Positions 39,172-48,204 of a stretch of 64,000 bases of DNA are shown piece after piece. The notes under the pieces were generated by a model. It made no database searches. It was given only the letters and a program-made list of their open reading frames with translations, and was not told the origin of the DNA. Location of the stretch: NCBI GenBank assembly GCA_050179755.1, contig JBFXEV010000001.1, forward strand, positions 1,033,994 through 1,097,993. The letters run 5' to 3'. Each line of letters opens with the position of its first letter. Position 1 is the stretch's first letter. Origin of the DNA: Candidatus Babeliales bacterium. GTDB lineage: Bacteria > Babelota > Babeliae > Babelales > JBFXEV01. A program made the translations under genes and the position numbers.

Positions 39172-40143
39172 TTAGTTTTGAGTAAACAGATGTTGCAATT
39201 TGGTATTAATATCTTGCATGCTTGTTTGTGCGGTAAAATCACACATAAATGGCACTATAGTAATATAGCCTTGTGCAAGAGCAAGGTTGTCTGAATGAGC
39301 GGCAGTATCTTTATAATCTACTACGCATAAATCAATACAAAAATTGTTATCACCTTTATCATACGCTCTAAACACTGTATTTCCTTTAAGATACGTATCA
39401 TACACTGCGTGGCCTGATTTGCATAATGCAATTCCTTTAATAGGAGCTTGTTCTGTTGCGTCAGCTTGTAATGCGGGAATATTCATATTTAATAAAACGC
39501 CATCAGGCAGAAGTTGATCGTTATCATCACGCTGTGCATCAAGTAATTCCACAAAATAAGTAACAAATTTTGCCGTTTCTTGTATACGTGATTCATTTGC
39601 TCCTAAATTAATGCTTATGGCAATACTGGGTAGTGATTTTCTCCCCATGCATACGCTGCGTGCCACTTGTGCAGCACCCACGGTGCCAGAATGCACACAA
39701 CGAATGCTTACATTTTCACCACGGTTAGGCCCAGAAAGCACAATATCAGGCTCACATCCAGCGCGGTACATTAATTCTTCACCCACAAGCACGCATTGGC
39801 CCGGAGTGGCCGGCCAGGATTTCCCTGCAAGTGGCCCAGCAATGTAGCCTATTTCTGTGCTTTGTACTGCAAATTCTTGATGGCCAAGTGGGATTAATTG
39901 CACATGCTTGCTTGAAAGTTGTACTGAGGTGCCGCAACCACTTTGGTTTGAAGAAGGGGCCACTAAAAATACGTTGTGGCCAGCATCACGCAGAGTTTGT
40001 TTGAGTGCTTGTATTTCAAGCGTGTGATAGCCATCATCATTAGTCAGAAGAATATTGAGCTTGCGTGGTTCTTTTGCGCAGACAAAATTTATTATAGTGG
40101 TGTTTGTAAGCACGATGCTGAGTAGGAGAAACATTTTCTTCAT
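39172..40143 (-). CDS. surE: SurE 5'/3'-nucleotidase with signal peptide
   Basis: NILLTNDDG, VAPSSNQSG, SGPNRGEN, SGTVGAA. Confidence 0.92.
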   Translation of the reverse strand: MKKMFLLLSIVLTNTTIINFVCAKEPRKLNILLTNDDGYHTLEIQALKQTLRDAGHNVFLVAPSSNQSGCGTSVQLSSKHVQLIPLGHQEFAVQSTEIGYIAGPLAGKSWPATPGQCVLVGEELMYRAGCEPDIVLSGPNRGENVSIRCVHSGTVGAAQVARSVCMGRKSLPSIAISINLGANESRIQETAKFVTYFVELLDAQRDDNDQLLPDGVLLNMNIPALQADATEQAPIKGIALCKSGHAVYDTYLKGNTVFRAYDKGDNNFCIDLCVVDYKDTAAHSDNLALAQGYITIVPFMCDFTAQTSMQDINTKLQHLFTQN

Positions 40144-40160
40144 GTGGTTCCTTTAAAGTG

Positions 40161-40343
40161 AAAATTTTCTTGGTAATCGTATGCCAAACATAGTAGTAAT
40201 TTCGCGTGCATTACCGTCTGGTAATGTGCTTGCCAATTCTTCAAGCGTTATTGTGTGATTGCCTTGTTTGCCAATGATAATTACTTCTTCATCATTATAA
40301 ACTTCATCTTGCCCAATATCCACCATAAATTGATCCATGCAAA
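40161..40343 (-). repeat. 183-bp duplicate of the alr 3' end (other copy 45896-46078)
   Basis: One mismatch seen; encodes CMDQFMVDIG...GIRLPRKF. Confidence 0.97.
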
Positions 40344-40350
40344 ATAGATG

Positions 40351-40443
40351 CATGCGCAATACATCCAATTGCCTCAAGAGCTTCATCGTTATTTTGAGCT
40401 GCTGATGCAAGCGCTTGCCCGCTTTTCTTATAGACCACATTAA
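40351..40443 (+). pseudogene. 3' remnant of a D-cysteine desulfhydrase paralog
   Basis: HAQYIQLPQELHRYFELLMQALA versus MAQFHALPHEFHCYFEEPVQPFA at the end of 31876-33060. Confidence 0.5.
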
Positions 40444-40538
40444 GTTTTACAAAATCTGACCCTTTGCAATATAATCAGAAAATCTTGGGATGCGCTCAGT
40501 CTCATATGTGTTGAACTAGTATACTTATTGGAGTATAA

Positions 40539-43500
40539 TTGAATGAGTTTTTACATCATGGAAGTGTCATCATTCCTATGTTTCGCTTAAGCTTGTCGGT
40601 ACGTTTTCAACTAATATTAAGTTTGATTTACTTAGGTCTGATTTTTTTTGTATGGCCTAGCAAGCTGTACACATATTCTGTGGATACAATAACTTTTTCA
40701 GGCTCTTCGTATCCAAATGATTCAAACACCATTAGAGATCAAAAACCGCGCATTTCGCAAGAAACTGCAAACATTCGTAGTCGTATTGAAAGCATTAATA
40801 ATCCTGATACTATCCCTTCTGGTACGTTTCCAAAAAATAACAATTATAGTGAGTATGAATTTATAGAAGAACGAGACCGAGATAGAAAAAGAGCAGAAAA
40901 AGAAAGACGTGGGCAAGCAGAAAACCAAAAACAAAAAGAAGAAAAAATTATACAGAAGGAAGTTGCAAAAAAGTTATTAGATCAATCAAATAGAATTTCA
41001 TCTTTTACACAGCAAACATCTTCCTCATCTCACTACGCTAAACAAGACAAATCACCTGACTATATAACAAAACGCGCCACGTATTTAAAAAAGTTCCATG
41101 ATGATCCTGATTATTACTACAGATCTACCGTCTATTTAAGGTATTCAAATTACCAAACAAGATCTCTTCTCGAGCAACACACGATTGATACGGATGAGTT
41201 TTATAATGAATTCTTCGGCAATCACTTGCAACATGGAATTCATGAAGAATATTTAAACATTGTCTCTCGTGTAACTAAAATTAATTTTGATAAAAACAAC
41301 TGTCAACTCAGATCATTTATTGTATTGGCTGTGCAAACTTCCCGCGATAACAATGTAAAAGGCAATTGTGTGACATCTTTAGAAATTAATGATTTTTGTC
41401 ATCATATCCTGAATCCTAATTATCATGGTTTTCTTGCAGGTCAAATTGCTCACTTACAAACAACTATTACCTATTATGAATCAAGTCATTGGAAACAAGC
41501 TCTAGGGTATCTAGCAGACGCTGCTCTAGGTGATCAAGAAATGCGCGCTTGCTTGAATGCTGCTCAAAAGTTTACTGAACAATTCAACATAATAAGGGAT
41601 TCTCAATATAATGTGCAAGTTATAGAAATTATGGAGCAATTAAGCTTCAATGAACTTTCTGATCTCACGGCGCAGCGCCAATTTGAATTGTTAGAAAAAC
41701 ATCATGAAGCGATTGCCATAAAAGCATTACGAGCGCTAAATCAACAAAATATAAAAGATTTGCCAATTTTTGGTTATGCAGTTTCTATTCTTAAATTAGA
41801 TAATCCACATAATGCATCAAATAGAAAGCTCATTGATTATTTATTATATTCTAATGATTGTCTACATCGCGTTCATGAGCTCACGAATACGCCATATAGC
41901 TCTTTTCAGCAAAAAAATCCTTTCTTCACCGATAAAGGTATTCTTAAAGAATATGCTATTATTGCAGATATTGATAATTTGCCTATTCCGCCATTAGATC
42001 ATTTAAAAAGCCCCGTATCTGCCCACGATTTATTATACACCTATTGTACAACTAATAAACTTGAGAAAAAAAAATTGGCTTATAGTGGCCTTTATCATGC
42101 AACCTATGCAACGATTCATCATCATTCTGAACGCTCAAAAGGCCATGAGTTGCTTGCCGATAAGTATTATAAAACACTCTATAGTAGTGTGTTCAGTAAA
42201 AATGAAAAACTTATTGATTGGTGTGATGATCTTGCGTGCAGTTATGAAAACGTGTATCAACAAGAGGTGCACGATGAGCTTGTTTGGCTAACTAATTATT
42301 ATATTGATACTCAAGAAAAAAGTATTAAAAAAGATGCAATCACCCTCAGATTGCTTGATGATATTGAGGATACTTTAATTACTGCCCATGGTTATAATCA
42401 AGATAATCAGTCAGAAAAAAGTCATGACCTTATTGCAAATATCGTACATAACTTTGGTATGCTGCCAAAAGAAAATCAAAAAACACCCGATCTATTTCAA
42501 TCACTCAATCTACTAGATGTTTCTAGAAATATAAGTAATAAAATACAAGCAAGAGTTGCACATATTAAAGTGCATGCATGGTTAAATGATTATAATCTTG
42601 AAGAAACACTAGAGTATGCTCGGCATGAGCTTTCAAAAATGGAAATACAGCATGGCAAATTAATATGCCAAGCCGATTCAATTCAAGAAAGACCTGATGA
42701 GGTAATTCAATCACTATGTTTAGCAGAAGTTCTTGGATTTAGCGTAAAAACTGATGCAGATACTATTGATATTGGTTGCATTCCTAAAAAAGATCTTGCA
42801 ACATTTAAAGACAATTGGCCAGAAGAAGAAGTGGTACAGAATGTATTCAACCTTTGGCCTGAAGAAGTCCCCTTGTGTTCTGCAGGGTCACAAGGTGCAG
42901 CATATGAACGATATGCTGATCGCTATGATGCCTATCAAGAAACCAAACTCACGCCGTATGTTTTTTTTGAAAGAACGTATGAAATTTCGAAAGAAGCTCA
43001 ACAATTGCTTGATAAAAATGGAATAGATAGTGATTATTTAAAAGTTGGAACATACAATCGTATACAACATCAATTACATATAGAACTCATTGATATTCTT
43101 GAACAAACAACATCTTTAGACGCTCATCAAGAAGTGTGCGATTTATTACGCTCGACAAACACTATGATGCTTGATTTTATATCAAGTGCAGCATATGAGA
43201 ATAAAAATGGCAATATTTTACGCACGTGGACTATTGCTGATTTTTGTTGGGCAACGCTAGATTGTGGTCAAGCAATTCTTGAGGGAGCTCTTGAGGGCGG
43301 TGCTAATGCATTGATCTATCCTTTCAATTGTCCTGTTGAAACAATCTTGTTTACCGTAGCAGGTAAATATATGTTGTATTATCAACTTACAAAGCTTACT
43401 TATGAACTTGGCAGTGCGGTGTACGATCATCTTTCAAAAGAACAAGAAGAAAATACATCCAGCGAAACAAAAACTGCAATACAATTACGCGATATTTTAA

Positions 43501-44462
43501 AAGCTGCATCTTCTTTCGGTGCACAATTTTTGGTAGACCATAAAATAGTAAATCCTATAGTTACGCAACGTATTAATTTAATGCAAAGTAAATTGGTCGA
43601 TAAGTTTGTATTAGAAAATACGACTCAATGGTCTAAAATGAGACCAGAGGCTATTAAAGCTCCACAGACAGCGCAAGTGCAATTGGCAAGTGGTGAAAAA
43701 ATTGAAGTAACTTTTCACAATGAAAATTTAGGGCAACGGCCGCAAGGCTTAAATTCTCCACAGAAACCGCGGAATTCATCGGGTGATAAAAAAGAATATC
43801 CAAGACCATCACCTGAAGAAATAGATCGCAATAGAGTAAATAAAAATTTAGCAGATAAAGCTCGTAAACAAAAAGCTATTGATAATGCATCTCAAAAAGT
43901 GGAAAGAACCAATCGTCAAAAAATTAATACTGCCCAAAATATTCAAGATGCACAAATTTGTATCTTACATAAATATGACGAATTAGAAAAAATTTTTTAT
44001 AAACATCTTTCACCTCATGCTGAATTTTTATATAAAAAATTTGGGATAAGGATAAAAGGAATTGATTTTTATCATCATATGGAAAGAGATTTTAATCAAA
44101 ATATAAAAGGTTATACAGGTTTTCATTCGGCACGCAATCATCCTGAGCATGTTTTTAAACTATTAGATGGTCCTAATGAGCATGGATTTGAAAATATTAT
44201 TGTTGGTAGTGCAAGAAAAATAAAAAAAGCTCCTACCAGTACGTATCCAAAAAACTGGGATGAAATTACTATCGGCCAGAGAGTTATTGAAGGGTTGCTT
44301 TCAGGAGAAGTTCATAAAAATAAGGGTGGAATCTTGGAAATACATGGAAAAGCTCAAAATTATTTACCTCATAGGGGTGTTGTTCCGTTTGATATTACAA
44401 TTTTTTTAGAACCTAGTGGAATGATAAGGTCATCATTTCCACAATTAAATTTTAGGAAATAA
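40539..44462 (+). CDS. Large exported polymorphic toxin with C-terminal bacterial EndoU-like nuclease
   Basis: N-terminal hydrophobic segment; internal repeats; tip FYHHMER...YTGFHS...STYPKNW...IRSSFP. Confidence 0.8.
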   Translation: MNEFLHHGSVIIPMFRLSLSVRFQLILSLIYLGLIFFVWPSKLYTYSVDTITFSGSSYPNDSNTIRDQKPRISQETANIRSRIESINNPDTIPSGTFPKNNNYSEYEFIEERDRDRKRAEKERRGQAENQKQKEEKIIQKEVAKKLLDQSNRISSFTQQTSSSSHYAKQDKSPDYITKRATYLKKFHDDPDYYYRSTVYLRYSNYQTRSLLEQHTIDTDEFYNEFFGNHLQHGIHEEYLNIVSRVTKINFDKNNCQLRSFIVLAVQTSRDNNVKGNCVTSLEINDFCHHILNPNYHGFLAGQIAHLQTTITYYESSHWKQALGYLADAALGDQEMRACLNAAQKFTEQFNIIRDSQYNVQVIEIMEQLSFNELSDLTAQRQFELLEKHHEAIAIKALRALNQQNIKDLPIFGYAVSILKLDNPHNASNRKLIDYLLYSNDCLHRVHELTNTPYSSFQQKNPFFTDKGILKEYAIIADIDNLPIPPLDHLKSPVSAHDLLYTYCTTNKLEKKKLAYSGLYHATYATIHHHSERSKGHELLADKYYKTLYSSVFSKNEKLIDWCDDLACSYENVYQQEVHDELVWLTNYYIDTQEKSIKKDAITLRLLDDIEDTLITAHGYNQDNQSEKSHDLIANIVHNFGMLPKENQKTPDLFQSLNLLDVSRNISNKIQARVAHIKVHAWLNDYNLEETLEYARHELSKMEIQHGKLICQADSIQERPDEVIQSLCLAEVLGFSVKTDADTIDIGCIPKKDLATFKDNWPEEEVVQNVFNLWPEEVPLCSAGSQGAAYERYADRYDAYQETKLTPYVFFERTYEISKEAQQLLDKNGIDSDYLKVGTYNRIQHQLHIELIDILEQTTSLDAHQEVCDLLRSTNTMMLDFISSAAYENKNGNILRTWTIADFCWATLDCGQAILEGALEGGANALIYPFNCPVETILFTVAGKYMLYYQLTKLTYELGSAVYDHLSKEQEENTSSETKTAIQLRDILKAASSFGAQFLVDHKIVNPIVTQRINLMQSKLVDKFVLENTTQWSKMRPEAIKAPQTAQVQLASGEKIEVTFHNENLGQRPQGLNSPQKPRNSSGDKKEYPRPSPEEIDRNRVNKNLADKARKQKAIDNASQKVERTNRQKINTAQNIQDAQICILHKYDELEKIFYKHLSPHAEFLYKKFGIRIKGIDFYHHMERDFNQNIKGYTGFHSARNHPEHVFKLLDGPNEHGFENIIVGSARKIKKAPTSTYPKNWDEITIGQRVIEGLLSGEVHKNKGGILEIHGKAQNYLPHRGVVPFDITIFLEPSGMIRSSFPQLNFRK

Positions 44463-44463
44463 T

Positions 44464-45264
44464 ATGAATTCATTAATATTAAAGTATAATGATGGTTTTT
44501 ATCGTTATAATGCATTCCAAATAACGAATGAATTGCTTGATTTGGCTGTGAGTCTGTTAACTACCGAAGAAATATGTACATCGGATTATTATAAAGAATT
44601 TATATACGAATTACCCTATAATACATACTCGGGTAATGCATATTATATGGAAAGAATAGATGATTATATCATTTTGGGTTGTCAATATAGCTTTGAAAGA
44701 GCATATTTGCATTTATATCAATTTGAAAATCTTATGAGTCAATGGCGAAAAGCATATGAAGATAAGCCAACTGAAATGATAATTTCAGTTGATGATAAAA
44801 ATTTTATTATCTCGTATGAAAAAGATAGTAAGAGTATAAAATTAACTTCAACATCAGAATATATAACATCAACATCGTTTTTAAGCGAATATCCTTATGC
44901 TGATAACTATGTTGAAATAGAGCCAATCTATGATGAATTACATGTGTTTGAATCTGATGATCGTAGGTTTAACGTATTTGCTTATTTACTGACAAGCAAT
45001 ATTCCTTCTTCAGATTATGTAGAAAAGTTGCAACAACCTCCTTATGAATATTATGATGATCGGTACTATTTAGCAATTGTTGAAGATAGAATTCTTATCT
45101 ATGATAAAACAATGGAAATAAAAGTATTGCCAGCCTATAATAAATTTCTTGATCTTATGAAACAATGGCCACTAGCAGTACATAAAAAACCAAAACTTAT
45201 TCGTATATATATTGAAAATGACTATGATCTTAAGATTTTTATATTGCAGCCAGTTTCTTTATAA
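44464..45264 (+). CDS. Putative immunity protein with internal duplication
   Basis: 1 bp after the toxin stop; acidic and Tyr-rich; LLT...F..LM.QW..A...KP unit occurs twice. Confidence 0.75.
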   Translation: MNSLILKYNDGFYRYNAFQITNELLDLAVSLLTTEEICTSDYYKEFIYELPYNTYSGNAYYMERIDDYIILGCQYSFERAYLHLYQFENLMSQWRKAYEDKPTEMIISVDDKNFIISYEKDSKSIKLTSTSEYITSTSFLSEYPYADNYVEIEPIYDELHVFESDDRRFNVFAYLLTSNIPSSDYVEKLQQPPYEYYDDRYYLAIVEDRILIYDKTMEIKVLPAYNKFLDLMKQWPLAVHKKPKLIRIYIENDYDLKIFILQPVSL

Positions 45265-45501
45265 TAGTTTTTGCATGGCTTAAACAATTGAGTTAAATCT
45301 TAGAAAGACAAAAAGTTAATGAATAGCGGATTGAACTTTATATTATTTTTTTAACCAGGTGAAAATTTTATCTGGTAGGTTGTCGTTTGATGATCTAGTC
45401 GTTTGTATGTTCTGTGTATACGCTGTGACTGTATATAATCACATTTAATATGATAAAATAGATGTTAAGAGCATTTCTTAATTTTAATAAAGAGTAATAC
45501 A

Positions 45502-45836
45502 ATGAAAAAAACTATATGGTTGGTTGTTGTCCTGAGTGTAAATATTATTTCTCCGTAATGGGTATGATGCGTTATGTGTATTGTGCAGAAGATGATACAA
45601 CTGCTTCCTATTCAGCGATTTTATTAGCGACTGGCGTTGAAATTGTGACATGTGACAAAGAAAAAAAAGTATATCGTGCTTGTTTGACTCGTGTTGTATT
45701 ATCACAAAAACCGGGTCGATTTACATTTGAGGAACAAGACCTTGATTTTCCGCAATCAGTGTATGAGCAGTTAAAAGATAGGTATGAAGCAAATAAAACA
45801 CGTGCATTGCAGACTTTTCAAACAAATATAGATTAA
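45502..45836 (+). pseudogene. Small exported protein with a frameshift in the signal peptide
   Basis: ATG 45502 MKKTIWLVVVLSVNII shifts frame near 45548 into SVMGMMRY... of ORF 45516-45836. Confidence 0.5.
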
Positions 45837-45887
45837 CAAAAACAGGAAGGCTTGAAATTGAAGAGATTGCGTGCGCATTTTCTTTTT

Positions 45888-47012
45888 TTATTGTAAAAAT
45901 TTTCTTGGTAATCGTATGCCAAACATAGTAGTAATTTCGCGTGCATTACCGTCTGGTAATGTGCTTGCCAATTCTTCAAGCGTTATTGTGTGACTGCCTT
46001 GTTTGCCAATGATAATTACTTCTTCATCATTATAAACTTCATCTTGCCCAATATCCACCATAAATTGATCCATGCAAATGCGCCCAATTATAGGGTAACG
46101 TTTGCCACGAATGATCACTTGCCCGCCATGCATAAATTGCCGATTAAAGCCGTCACCATAGCCAAGCGGCACCGTGATTACACGAGTATCTTTGGGTGCC
46201 TTCCACGTAAGGCCATAGCTCACGCCAGCACCCTCTTTGACTACTTTAAAATACACCACGCGTGAGCTGAGCGCCATAACTGCCTTTAATGCAATGCTGG
46301 TATGCATATGGGGTGCAGGTACTATGCCATACATAATGAGACCTGGCCGCACCATATCTAAATGGCTTTCTGGAAATTGTAAAATTGCGCCAGATGCTGC
46401 TATATGAAAAAGAGGTTTATTAGCAAAAATATGTGCATGGGCAACGCTTTGTTTAAAACGTTCAAGTTGTGTGCGAGCAAAAGTAAGGTCTTGTTCTTCA
46501 CCCATTGCAAAATGAGAGAAAATGCCCACAACATCGCACCATTGTGTGGTGCTTGCATACTCGATGAGTTTATGCGCATTGTAATAATGAATGCCCGTGC
46601 GCTCAATGCCGGTATCAATTTCAAGATGTATGCGTGCGCGCTTTCGTGCGTGCTTTGCATGTTGTTCAATAGATTCTAGCTTGTTTAGTGATGCTGCGTT
46701 AATATCAAGATCATACTGTAAAAAGAGTTCAATTTGCCGGTGTAAAATACCGCCAAGCACCACAATGGGCACTTTAATGTTTGCTTTTCTGAGTGCTATT
46801 CCTTCTTCAAGTAGTGCTACACCAAGCCATGAGGCTCCAATTTTTTGTAAGTGCTGAGCACATTCAATAAGGCCGTGCCCATACGCATTGCCTTTTACAA
46901 TGGGCATAACATGCGCAGAGCCTACAAACGCTTGTATGGCGTGGAAGTTATGCTCAAGAGCAGAAAGATTAATGTTAATATAGGTGGGCCGTTGTTGCAG
47001 TTCTTCATACAT
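45888..47012 (-). CDS. alr: Alanine racemase
   Basis: VKGNAYGHG, MVRPGL, VSYG, GYGDG, IGRICMDQ. Confidence 0.97.
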   Translation of the reverse strand: MYEELQQRPTYININLSALEHNFHAIQAFVGSAHVMPIVKGNAYGHGLIECAQHLQKIGASWLGVALLEEGIALRKANIKVPIVVLGGILHRQIELFLQYDLDINAASLNKLESIEQHAKHARKRARIHLEIDTGIERTGIHYYNAHKLIEYASTTQWCDVVGIFSHFAMGEEQDLTFARTQLERFKQSVAHAHIFANKPLFHIAASGAILQFPESHLDMVRPGLIMYGIVPAPHMHTSIALKAVMALSSRVVYFKVVKEGAGVSYGLTWKAPKDTRVITVPLGYGDGFNRQFMHGGQVIIRGKRYPIIGRICMDQFMVDIGQDEVYNDEEVIIIGKQGSHTITLEELASTLPDGNAREITTMFGIRLPRKFLQ

Positions 47013-47038
47013 GGTTTATTTCTTTCCGCTCATCCCGA

Positions 47039-48094
47039 TCAAACCTTTAGTTGAGTTGAGGGACCAAAATAGTCACGCGCTCTTTCTAGCATTGCATTAA
47101 ATTCATGCATATTGGTTTGCGTATCACGAACACCTTCAATATAAGTAATTCCTAAAATTCCGGAAGCTTTTGGTGCAAAATAAATATAGGCGGGTTTGCC
47201 GTGTTGCATTACGCGTACGTGTATAATGTATGTTAATGCGGCAATGGGCTGCTCTTTAAGGCGAATCAGATGGCCTTGCACAGGAATAATGCCCGAGTCA
47301 TTGTTAAGTTGTTGTGCGCCTAGCCCGGTACAGTTAATAATAATTGATTCATCTAGTTCATCAAAGGAAGTAATAGTGCGTTCATGCAACGAAATGCCAA
47401 GCTTTTGAGCGTGTGCTTTCATCTGTTGCATCATGTGATATGTGTGAATAAAGAGCGTGTTATATTCTCTTACCGCGTGCTGTTTGCCGTTGCCAAAATC
47501 TAGAGTGGCAAGCTTGGGCAATCCCCAAAAATTAAGCCGTGAATATTTGCTTGTTAGATCTACATATTGCGGCAAGCGTTGTGCGGCAGAGGGTGCAATA
47601 AAAGGATGCTCTCCGTTGATAATGGCAGTATACTCTCGTAATGAAACTTCTTGTGCGCGTTGGTATTTATTATACACGGGCGTAAAAGCAGTGTAAGGGA
47701 AAAATAAACCGACGGCGTTTTGCGACGTGGTGTTATCAAATTGTTTGGCAACTATTGTTACGGCATAGCCTTTTTGTGCGAGCGCAATGGCGCTTAAAAG
47801 CCCCATGCAGCCTGCACCAATAACGCAAATAGGTTTACTTTTGAATGAGGGATGTTGCGTAAGTTGCGCTTCAAATTCTTCGAGCACTTGTTCTATAACG
47901 CCAAAAAGGAGTGTCCACCCCGATCCGCTGTGGCCATAATTGTGAATAATAAGTTTATCATTTTTTACTTCCCCATAGAGTTGATAACCGTTTGCATGCT
48001 TAGGGCGAATGCATGATAAAAATTCTTCAATATGATCGGCTGAAAGAATGGGGGGTGTTAAATGGATTGTTTCCATGTAAGATTCTTGTTGCAT
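47039..48094 (-). CDS. D-amino-acid oxidase family flavoprotein, circularly permuted
   Basis: CIRP...IHNYGHSGSGWT precedes VIGAGCMG; INCTGLGA, PVQGHL. Confidence 0.85.
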   Translation of the reverse strand: MQQESYMETIHLTPPILSADHIEEFLSCIRPKHANGYQLYGEVKNDKLIIHNYGHSGSGWTLLFGVIEQVLEEFEAQLTQHPSFKSKPICVIGAGCMGLLSAIALAQKGYAVTIVAKQFDNTTSQNAVGLFFPYTAFTPVYNKYQRAQEVSLREYTAIINGEHPFIAPSAAQRLPQYVDLTSKYSRLNFWGLPKLATLDFGNGKQHAVREYNTLFIHTYHMMQQMKAHAQKLGISLHERTITSFDELDESIIINCTGLGAQQLNNDSGIIPVQGHLIRLKEQPIAALTYIIHVRVMQHGKPAYIYFAPKASGILGITYIEGVRDTQTNMHEFNAMLERARDYFGPSTQLKV

Positions 48095-48204
48095 AAGTAA
48101 TAAAAGAATATTTGTTCAAGTATACAAAGAGTACCATGTGTCATGAAGAATGGGAATATGATATGCTAGTACTACTATATATTGGGATCTCTATAGGAAA
48201 ATTA

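Noticed and set aside
40153..40440. 95-aa ORF resembling alanine racemase
   Set aside because: Chimera of the duplicated alr tail and unrelated antisense sequence, not a gene
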